Below are positions 1 through 6,843 of a stretch of 10,492 nucleotides of DNA, one piece after another. The notes under the pieces are model-generated. The model saw only the letters and a list, made by a program, of their open reading frames with translations. It was not told where the DNA came from and searched no databases. Position 1 is the stretch's first letter. Each line of letters opens with the position of its first letter. The translations under genes and the position numbers were made by a program. This DNA is from Alphaproteobacteria bacterium. Its GTDB lineage: Bacteria > Pseudomonadota > Alphaproteobacteria > Rs-D84. The stretch covers positions 1 through 10,492 of the forward strand of contig JAVBPX010000009.1 of the NCBI GenBank assembly GCA_031549365.1, in the 5' to 3' direction.

Positions 1-141
1 AAGATCATATGTTTTATTATCTCTCCCCGGAGGGGCGAGATGGGTAGTGTTTTTATTTTCTCCCGCACCACTCAACCACGACAAATAATTGTCGGGTTTT
101 AATTGCAATGATCCGTCTGCACGTTGTTTCGCCGAGATAAT
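1..141. repeat. Exact 141-bp terminal direct repeat, left copy (identical to 10352..10492)
   Basis: Base-by-base comparison: aagatcatat...gccgagataat at 1-141 equals 10352-10492. Confidence 0.97.
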
Positions 142-187
142 GATTGGTGCGGAGTTGTGATTCCGAGGGATGACATGTTAATATTTT

Positions 188-434
188 AGTTGCTGTCGCA
201 ACGTTTGTTTTACTGGATCCTCTCGCTGCGCGATCCGGATGACCAGGGATTTGGGGTGGTTTAATTGTGGTTATTGTTTTTATTTCCCCCTCTCTATAAA
301 ACATGATGATCGAAGATCATATGTTTTATGATCTCTCCCCGTTGGGGCGAGATGGTTTTTAATTGCAATGATCCGTCTGCACGTTGTTTCGCCGAGATAA
401 AGATTGCCACGGAGTTGTGATTCCGAGGGATGAC
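188..434. repeat. Second copy of a ~312-bp composite REP/RPE-like unit
   Basis: 188-355 closely matches 10225-10394 (agttgctgtcgcaacg...tactggatcctctcg...atctctcccc...ggggcgagatgg). 356-434 matches 96-174. This copy lacks the ~53-nt segment containing the CGACAA-ATAA-TTGTCG hairpin. Confidence 0.92.
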
Positions 435-447
435 AATTAATTTTTTA

Positions 448-888
448 TTATTCGGATGGGGTGAGGGAAAAGCGGGCTGTTAATGGGGCCGTTTCCAAAA
501 TTTCAATTTTTAATGTGTCGTTATCGCGGATAAAAGTTTGCAATTTTGATGAATCGTTTTTTAATTTCCAACCCAATGATTCCAGTGTTTTTTCGTAATA
601 GCGTTGAAATTCGCGTCGCGATACGGAATCCGAGGTTATGATTGTTTCGATGATGTGACCATCAGGGGTCGAGAATAAAAATCCAGTTTGTTCCACGGCC
701 AATGTTTTTTCCATTTGTGGGATGTCTTCGAAATTGGGTAGAAATGTTGTTGCGAAAGAAGGGGTTGCGAACAGTAATATTGCAATGATTGCCACGGAGC
801 CATAGCTCTTTGCAATGACATTAATTAATGGATGCCTGATTGTGCAGGAAGGACAACGGGTTGATAAAGTTTTATTTGATGTTGTCAT
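448..888 (-). CDS. Secreted/periplasmic conserved hypothetical protein (146 aa)
   Basis: GAGGA RBS 7 nt upstream, overlapping the virB10 stop. Hydrophobic h-region IIAILLFA with a PSFA cleavage site. The mature part (FEDIPQM...FSTPDGHI...YYEKTLESLGW...FIRDNDTLKIE) resembles a hypothetical family I recall from alphaproteobacteria. Confidence 0.8.
   Translation of the reverse strand: MTTSNKTLSTRCPSCTIRHPLINVIAKSYGSVAIIAILLFATPSFATTFLPNFEDIPQMEKTLAVEQTGFLFSTPDGHIIETIITSDSVSRREFQRYYEKTLESLGWKLKNDSSKLQTFIRDNDTLKIEILETAPLTARFSLTPSE
779..854. repeat. Intragenic copy of the RPE-like repeat (modules A and C) inside CDS 448..888
   Basis: attgcaatgattgccacgg (779-797) is identical to 10176-10194. gattgccacggag also occurs at 402 and 8575. 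The copy ends in caatgac like 9497-9503. 829-854 (tggatgcc...caggaaggac) loosely resembles the tggatcc...ggatgac module. Confidence 0.75.
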
Positions 889-899
889 GTATGCATCCT

Positions 900-3047
900 C
901 TATTGCATTGGTGGGAAGCAGGGGCCAGTTGGATCATTTGTTGGACAGCATGCGGATTCCGCAGGAGTCCATTCTTCGCCCGCACAACAACCGAATTGGT
1001 TTGGTGGGGTGCCGTCTTCGCACAGTGCGCCACCCGCGGATGCGCCGCCAAAATTCATTGATCCACCGCCAGATCCGCCAAAAATTTGTTTATCAATGTC
1101 AGGGGCCTTTTCCTTTTTTGCGTATGGGTCGATACCCGATTGCAATGCGGCAAGATCTGATGGTATGTATTTTTCCATTCCGGTGGCGAATGATTTGGCC
1201 ATGGATTCGTTTGTTGTTGCAGCGATTCCATTGACCATGGTCGAGCGAACCTGGCCGACATTATCGTTTTCGTTGATTTGTGCGGCAGCAATAGTACCAA
1301 AGTCGGCAGATGTAGTTTTGAGGTCGCCAAAAGCTTCGTCTGAGAAACGTACGATTAAATCGCGTGGTGAATATACAGTGATGCGAGTTCCTGCGGGTAC
1401 GATAAATGGTGGTGTTGTGTTGTCCATCATGTCGGTTACCAATTTTTGGGCGACGCGATTCCAGGATGAAATTATTTCCTGTTTCGCCAATTCAGAGCTG
1501 CGCATATTTCCGGATTGGGTTACAGTATTGTTATTTAAATCAATTTGGTTTACGAATTTATCCGAAATTGGTGCGATTAAATTGACTGCGGCTGGGACCA
1601 GCGATGTTATCATTGGCATGACGAATTCCTCCATATAATCGGTGGATCCACGGCCTGGGACGCCAATCCGCCCCTGGGCATCGGCCGAGAATGGTTGATT
1701 GCTGGGAAAATTAAATTCGGCTCCGTCTGGACGGACAAAACGATACCAATCAATTTGAATTTTTCCGATTGCCTTGTACCGGCCAGGCGCATTGTCTGTT
1801 ACGCGACCGAGCATTAAAGTTCCAGTTGGTATTACAATTGTGCGTTCGTTATCTGCGTATACGTTACGTTCAACCACGGCCTGGACCGGGAGTTTGTTTA
1901 TGGTTTGTGATTCAACACGGATGTCAGATACAATAACAGCAGGTATTGGTTTGAATTGACGCAGAACGTATTTATTGTTTTTTGGAAGAGATGAAACCTG
2001 GGCCCCGGATGTTATTGATATTGGAACAAATTCAGATTTTTCATGGTCGCCAGCACCAGGCAAGCGGTTTGCAGCAAATCCCTTTTTTTCAGGGTCGGTG
2101 TTTTTAGCGACGGCGGCTGCACGAGCCGCAACAATGGTCGCAAAATCAATGGATTGCTGTTGTGATTTTTTTCCATGTGTAGGAGAGTTCAATTGCGGCA
2201 TTAATGTTGATTCTGCGATTTTGCCGGAATTAACCCTTTCGGCGTCGGTTCCGATTTTTTGTGCGGGATTATCCAATGATGGAGAATAGATAAATCCAGT
2301 GTATGGATCGTATTCGCCCAGAGGTTTTTCGCATTTTGTATCCGCAAATCCATAATAATTATAATGGCCGGCGGCAGGAACAATCCAACCGTTTGGACGG
2401 CCAGATAAGTCGTATGAGCGAGATGCGAAGCGTAAACAATTTTCTTCGACAATTGTGGGTTCGGGTTGTTTTTTTGCTTCCTCGATTTTTGGTAATTCAG
2501 GGACAATGTTTTCGAACCAGGATGTATCAGTTTTTTCTGGTTTTAGTTCGGCAACCCGTTCACGGATGGTTGATAATGAAACAGTTATGCGTTCCCGTTG
2601 CTTTAAGCTGTCGGGACCGTTTTTTGGGCCGTAAGTAATTATAATCTGTGTTTCAAATTCCGTTGTGTATTTTGATGGAGCCCAAGACAAAGTAATGTTG
2701 CAATAGTTTAAGTTTGGTTCCAAGATACCCAAATCACGACATGTGTCCAATAATTTTAAATCGGGATCTGTTTGGGATAATGCGACGTCATAAATGCGGA
2801 CGCTGTTGCCAGATGTTATTTTAATGTCCGATTTTGTTGTGCGATTTAATTCAGCGTCATTGATTATAACGCGATCTGGATCCATTTTAATTTTAGGAGT
2901 TTGATCAACTGTAATCGCAACATTTGGGGTTTGTTTCGATGGCATTAATAAAATTACCACGAATATCGCAACGACAATAAAAGCCATGCCCAGCAAAATC
3001 CAATGCGTGTATTTTGGTAATGATGGTTTTTTTTGAGCGGTGGCCAT
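900..3047 (-). CDS. virB10: VirB10/TrbI-family T4SS core protein (715 aa) with N-terminal TM, extra periplasmic domain(s) and Cys-rich C-terminal extension
   Basis: TM at aa 16-35 and a Pro/Glu/Lys-rich linker. TrbI-type motifs at about 1345-1970: IPAVIVSDI, VQAVVERNVY, IVIPTGTLMLG, IDWYRFVRPDG, DAQGRIGVPG, PPFIVPAGTRITVYSPRDL. Lies directly downstream of virB9. Confidence 0.92.
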   Translation of the reverse strand: MATAQKKPSLPKYTHWILLGMAFIVVAIFVVILLMPSKQTPNVAITVDQTPKIKMDPDRVIINDAELNRTTKSDIKITSGNSVRIYDVALSQTDPDLKLLDTCRDLGILEPNLNYCNITLSWAPSKYTTEFETQIIITYGPKNGPDSLKQRERITVSLSTIRERVAELKPEKTDTSWFENIVPELPKIEEAKKQPEPTIVEENCLRFASRSYDLSGRPNGWIVPAAGHYNYYGFADTKCEKPLGEYDPYTGFIYSPSLDNPAQKIGTDAERVNSGKIAESTLMPQLNSPTHGKKSQQQSIDFATIVAARAAAVAKNTDPEKKGFAANRLPGAGDHEKSEFVPISITSGAQVSSLPKNNKYVLRQFKPIPAVIVSDIRVESQTINKLPVQAVVERNVYADNERTIVIPTGTLMLGRVTDNAPGRYKAIGKIQIDWYRFVRPDGAEFNFPSNQPFSADAQGRIGVPGRGSTDYMEEFVMPMITSLVPAAVNLIAPISDKFVNQIDLNNNTVTQSGNMRSSELAKQEIISSWNRVAQKLVTDMMDNTTPPFIVPAGTRITVYSPRDLIVRFSDEAFGDLKTTSADFGTIAAAQINENDNVGQVRSTMVNGIAATTNESMAKSFATGMEKYIPSDLAALQSGIDPYAKKEKAPDIDKQIFGGSGGGSMNFGGASAGGALCEDGTPPNQFGCCAGEEWTPAESACCPTNDPTGPCFPPMQ

Positions 3048-3067
3048 ATTTTAATTTCCTGAATTAA

Positions 3068-4531
3068 TTATTGGATGCGAACAACGTGGCACGAGGTACC
3101 TTGGAATTTTGTCAGTTGGTCGCAGAGCTTTTGAGCCTCGTCAATTGAGCCGATTGGGCCGACGCGTAAACGATATAGACGGCCGGTGGTTGATGCTGAG
3201 CCAAGTTCGCCGACGCCCTGTTCGTCAACGGCGAAGAATACGCGGTCGGAATATGGAGCCAATATGCCCTGGGCACCGTCTGTTGAATTAAATGTGGCCA
3301 GTAATTTTGTCCAGTAATCATTCAGAGATTTTACAGATGTATCAGATCCCAATTCAACAGCAACGCCAGTTTGGTTTGATGAAATAATTGGAATATCGCG
3401 CCCAGGCAAATATGATCCACGGGTTGAACGTGTGGATGACATTGGAGCGGTCGCCATGGCGGTTCCCAATGCGGATGTTTGCATTGTGCCAGGGTTTACC
3501 ATCATTGTTGTTTGTGGTGCGCCGTATGTTTGGCCCATTGGTTGGTTGTACATTGATGCCGGTTGTGAATAGATATTATTCAAAGATGCAGATTGTTCAA
3601 CGTTTGCAGATGCCAAGGCGTAAACAGATGCTGGGTCGGAAATCAAGAATGGCTTTTCACGTTTTTTGATGCAAACGATCCTTTGGCCAGAGCGTAATAC
3701 CAAGTCGCCAACAGATTCAACGACCAATAAACGGCCGTTTGGACCATCGGTTCTGAATCCCACCGGAGATTCCCCGCCTTCGATTAAAATGCTGACCACT
3801 GGGCGTTGAGTCATGGCGATAACCTTGTCCCCGAAATCAATGTATGTAAAGATTTTATCGCGCCATACACGTTCAGGTGCGATTACATAATCGTCTGGGT
3901 TTGGAACAAAGATGTCCAAGTCAAAACGGAATTCTGTTGGGTCAACCTTGATAGATTTAATCCAGCCGTAGTCTTCGTCGTCAAGTCCTGTGGATGTTTT
4001 TTTCCCGCCGAAAATTGAATTTAGGCCACCCGCGCCAGATGCGGTTGCGGTGGATGCCAAAGATGATACGGATGCATTCCCATCAATTAAAATGTCAACC
4101 ATTGAATGGGTGATTACATTTGTATTTGATGGTTCAGAGCGAAGATATAAAACATATTTGTTTCCAGATTTGCCCATGATAATTAAATTTGTGTCTGCGC
4201 CCTGGTTATCCTTGGCAGGCATGACCATTAATGTGTTGCGGTTGGTCCCCTGGGTTGTGATTTCGAAATATTCAGGACTGCCAACATAGGCGTCGGCAAT
4301 TTGTTCGCCATTTGGCATGTTGATAATGGTTATCATTCCATTGCGTAGTTTAACAGGTAAAATCGCGCCAGGCGCCCAAGTCAATTGTGCGTATCCAGGT
4401 TTTTTGCTGTCCGCCAACATATTGTTTTCAGGGTTATCCCAAGCATCCTGGACCCCATAATATTCGGCATTGGCCGTTGATGCCAAAAGCCCAAGCAATA
4501 TAAACATTGCGGAATAAAGACGTGTTTTCAT
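3068..4531 (-). CDS. virB9: VirB9/TrbG-family T4SS protein with C-terminal SPOR domain
   Basis: Start placed at ATG 4531 (AGGAAAGG RBS at 4539-4546) rather than 4555. Sec signal ending ANA. VirB9 motifs: TNLIIMGKSGNKYVLYL, IAPERVWRDKIFTYIDF, RPVV, LVLRSGQRIVCI. SPOR signature at 3068-3367: VELGS...W...LYRLRVGP...EAQKLCDQL...CHVV. Confidence 0.92.
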   Translation of the reverse strand: MKTRLYSAMFILLGLLASTANAEYYGVQDAWDNPENNMLADSKKPGYAQLTWAPGAILPVKLRNGMITIINMPNGEQIADAYVGSPEYFEITTQGTNRNTLMVMPAKDNQGADTNLIIMGKSGNKYVLYLRSEPSNTNVITHSMVDILIDGNASVSSLASTATASGAGGLNSIFGGKKTSTGLDDEDYGWIKSIKVDPTEFRFDLDIFVPNPDDYVIAPERVWRDKIFTYIDFGDKVIAMTQRPVVSILIEGGESPVGFRTDGPNGRLLVVESVGDLVLRSGQRIVCIKKREKPFLISDPASVYALASANVEQSASLNNIYSQPASMYNQPMGQTYGAPQTTMMVNPGTMQTSALGTAMATAPMSSTRSTRGSYLPGRDIPIISSNQTGVAVELGSDTSVKSLNDYWTKLLATFNSTDGAQGILAPYSDRVFFAVDEQGVGELGSASTTGRLYRLRVGPIGSIDEAQKLCDQLTKFQGTSCHVVRIQ

Positions 4532-4544
4532 TTTTAAGCCTTTC

Positions 4545-5153
4545 CTATTTTTCATAATGGTATCCTGTTACGTAAATCCCAAGTGGATTATTCAGGCGTT
4601 CGCCCCATAAAGTATCCATCGGTGGAGTTATCGCGATTGTTATTTGAATTGTAAAATCTTTTTGATCACTTTGTCCAGTGTTATCAACATCAATTGCCCG
4701 GATTTTTACGGCCCAGGTATCAATGCTGCGCGGTTCGATATTCATAATTTCGATTGAACGGCGCAATCCCATTTCATTGTTGATCCCAATTTGATAAGTT
4801 GGAGTTTTTGTGAATTCAGAATAAACATTTTTTGTAGACATCATAGCAACAGGTCCATCCGGGTTCCAACGAGATCCCATTGTGGTTCGGTTTGCCGAGA
4901 TTTCTTCGCGGGCGGCGATGTATTGTTTTATGAAATTTTCTTTGAAGGTTTCCAAGTTATATTTATTTGGAAAATAGGACTGAATCAATACGCGTTGTGA
5001 ATCGGCAGGTGCCGTGCCCATGAAAAAAATTTGAGTTTTTGTTAATGGGTTCATCATGATAAATGTCCCGATTAATACCAACAGCGTTGTCAATGCGCCA
5101 GCGAACACAAATGTTAGCATTCGTGATGTGAATAGTGATTGTGTGTCGGTCAT
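4545..5153 (-). CDS. virB8: VirB8/TrbF-family protein (canonical-looking paralog 3, 202 aa)
   Basis: Single N-terminal TM. VirB8 motifs FIKQYIAARE, MSTKNVYSEF and C-terminal ERLNNPLGIYVTGY. Immediately upstream of virB9. Confidence 0.88.
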   Translation of the reverse strand: MTDTQSLFTSRMLTFVFAGALTTLLVLIGTFIMMNPLTKTQIFFMGTAPADSQRVLIQSYFPNKYNLETFKENFIKQYIAAREEISANRTTMGSRWNPDGPVAMMSTKNVYSEFTKTPTYQIGINNEMGLRRSIEIMNIEPRSIDTWAVKIRAIDVDNTGQSDQKDFTIQITIAITPPMDTLWGERLNNPLGIYVTGYHYEK

Positions 5154-5179
5154 TTTTCTCTCGCTTCCTTGTGATTTTC

Positions 5180-5209
5180 AGTCTAGCGCGTTTTTGTGTG
5201 TTATTGCAA
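5180..5209 (-). promoter_or_regulatory. Putative internal sigma70 promoter for virB8(3)-virB9-virB10
   Basis: Minus strand (C)TTGCAA-N18-TAGACT with GC just before the -10, in the only large (119-nt) gap of the T4SS cluster. Confidence 0.5.
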
Positions 5210-5272
5210 GTAAGTTTTTTTGATTTTGTATTGTTATTATTGATTTTAGAAGTGGTTTGTGATGAATCAAAA

Positions 5273-5917
5273 TTAATGGGATATTTCTTTGACGTCAAAT
5301 ACGCGGAAGTCAAAGATTAATGTTGGGTCTTCGCCATTTTGTAACAATTCTGATTCGTTCCAAAGACGGCCGTGATATTCCGCGCGGATAAATACGTTTT
5401 TGCGTTCAATTTTTGGCGTTGCTTGTATATCGTTTGGTTTGTCGAAAGTTGTTAGGCGGACTATGATTGAATAATAGTCATTTTTCTTTTCGATTTTTTC
5501 AATGTCGGCCAGGCGAAGAATGCCGCGATTCGACATTTCAAGCATTTCGGAAGCGACGGATTTTTGCCAGGTTTTAAATATTTCTGTGGCGGAGAAAACC
5601 TCGACCGAGAAATATTGCCCGGGACGATGCGATGCGTTTTTACGACGGTCCATTTCAGCAGAGTATGGAATAATTTCATAGTAATCGCGAACATAACGCT
5701 CAAGTAATGAATTGGTCAATGATTCGGTATTTATCATGTCCAGAGATATAGGTTTTTCCAGGCGTTGTTCCGAATAGGAATTTGTTTGAAAAATTTCAGG
5801 TTGTATTTTATGCTCGTCAGACATCATTTTTGATAGAATTTTTCCCGACATGCTGAGGCTCATCATCATGATGCAAATTAAAGTTAGGGCGCCGAAAATT
5901 GTAATTATGCGTTTCAT
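5273..5917 (-). CDS. Divergent VirB8-like membrane-anchored protein (paralog 2, 214 aa)
   Basis: N-terminal TM. LLERYVRDYYEI and FSATEIFKTW align with VirB8 helices. The C-terminal DPTLIFDFRVFDV sits where NPLGF.V..Y normally lies. ATGA overlap with the upstream gene. Fits by size and synteny. Confidence 0.7.
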   Translation of the reverse strand: MKRIITIFGALTLICIMMMSLSMSGKILSKMMSDEHKIQPEIFQTNSYSEQRLEKPISLDMINTESLTNSLLERYVRDYYEIIPYSAEMDRRKNASHRPGQYFSVEVFSATEIFKTWQKSVASEMLEMSNRGILRLADIEKIEKKNDYYSIIVRLTTFDKPNDIQATPKIERKNVFIRAEYHGRLWNESELLQNGEDPTLIFDFRVFDVKEISH

Positions 5918-6651
5918 TTCGTTGTTACCAAGGGATAGTAGTTAAATTCTGATACGTAAAATCCTGGGAATGGGATTGAATTTAAATCTTGGTCAATGCG
6001 GATATACATTACAACAGGGGTGCGTTTGCCGCGGGATTCAATTTCAACAGTTGCGCGCCACATAGTGCCGGATGATGAATCGGTGGATGGCTTTTTTAGC
6101 ATTGTTGCACGCAGGGTTCCGTCCACAATTTTTTGTGTTTCGCCAGAGGATGCCATTTTTTCATAAATTTTTAGTTCGTTTTTACGAAATTCTTGAAATA
6201 CGTTCGGATGTGATATGCAACACAAAGTGCAATCTGAGATTTTTGAATTTTGGCAGCTATCCCATTGGCATTGACACCAGTTTTTTGCGTTTGATGTCGA
6301 TATGTTTGAAATATAAAAATGTCGCGGAACGTATGACGCGATGGTGTATTCCATTGCGATTTGTTCCCAAGGCATAGTTTTGATTGGGTTTTTATAATCG
6401 GTTTCTGAAATTGCAACCCAATTTTGAGTTACTGGGTCTGTATATAACAAGTATGCGTGTAATCGTTCATTTTTTTGTGCCCACAGTAACCATCCGCACA
6501 TGATAATTATCAAAACGAACAATACAATAGAGCCAATGGCAAAGAAGCGCGAGAGTTCGATGTTTTTTGATTCTGGGAATGCTGGTGTATCAAAACGTTC
6601 AGGGTATGGGACGTTGGAAGGGGTGCGTTTCGATATGTGTTTGTTGGACAA
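5914..6651 (-). CDS. Divergent VirB8-like protein with Cys-rich insertion (paralog 1, 245 aa)
   Basis: TTG start 3 nt after the lipoprotein stop. TM at about aa 36-58, then AYLLYTDPVT, TIASYVPRHFYI, SHPNVFQEF and C-terminal PFPGFYVSEF. Insert CQCQWDSC...DCTLCC. Confidence 0.7.
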   Translation of the reverse strand: MSNKHISKRTPSNVPYPERFDTPAFPESKNIELSRFFAIGSIVLFVLIIIMCGWLLWAQKNERLHAYLLYTDPVTQNWVAISETDYKNPIKTMPWEQIAMEYTIASYVPRHFYISNISTSNAKNWCQCQWDSCQNSKISDCTLCCISHPNVFQEFRKNELKIYEKMASSGETQKIVDGTLRATMLKKPSTDSSSGTMWRATVEIESRGKRTPVVMYIRIDQDLNSIPFPGFYVSEFNYYPLVTTK

Positions 6652-6654
6652 GTA

Positions 6655-6801
6655 TTAGCCCCGGTAAATCATCATGCAAGCACAAGGTGATAATTTTAAT
6701 TCGTCGTTGTCGTAACCTGTGCCAACTGGGTCGCGATTGTAAACCTGGCCACAGCCTGCCAAGGCAAGTGCAAATAAAAATAATATTGCAAATTTTTTCA
6801 T
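6655..6801 (-). CDS. virB7: Small lipoprotein, VirB7-like (48 aa, absent from the ORF track)
   Basis: Manual translation: MKKFAILFLFALALAGCGQVYNRDPVGTGYDNDELKLSPCACMMIYRG*. Perfect lipobox LAGC (Cys17), AAGGGA RBS 8 nt upstream, and first position in the virB8-9-10 cluster. The virB7 name rests on size, lipobox and synteny. Confidence 0.82.
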   Translation of the reverse strand: MKKFAILFLFALALAGCGQVYNRDPVGTGYDNDELKLSPCACMMIYRG

Positions 6802-6843
6802 GATATTTATCCCTTTGTTCCCCCGATTATTCCCTGTATCAAG

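Noticed and set aside
53-304. 83-aa minus-strand ORF (also 10084..10284 and 9363..9596)
   Set aside because: These lie in the repeat family. Shared peptides (RGSSKTNVATAT, PWQSLQ) simply translate the repeat, and there is no domain signal.
1-434. CRISPR array or iteron-type plasmid origin
   Set aside because: Units are ~260-312 bp near-identical composites without unique spacers or short regularly spaced iterons. No cas or rep gene is present.
815-2638. Plus-strand ORFs (815..1234, 1009..1638, 1975..2289, 2303..2638 and others)
   Set aside because: Antisense shadows of virB10 with no recognisable motifs.
4532-4555. Track start of virB9 at 4555
   Set aside because: The upstream 8 codons contain the RBS for ATG 4531, which gives a normal-length signal peptide.
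4963-5313. 116-aa minus-strand ORF bridging two virB8-like genes
   Set aside because: It overlaps both genes out of frame, has low-complexity Asn/Lys/Thr content from AT-rich intergenic DNA, and shows no slippery site suggesting a programmed frameshift.
900-6801. Self-transmissible plasmid or ICE
   Set aside because: No relaxase, coupling protein, VirB4, integrase or Rep, and the neighbours are housekeeping-type genes.
6567-6803. 78-aa plus-strand ORF
   Set aside because: It is antisense to the better supported lipoprotein ORF 6655..6801, which has a lipobox, RBS and promoter.
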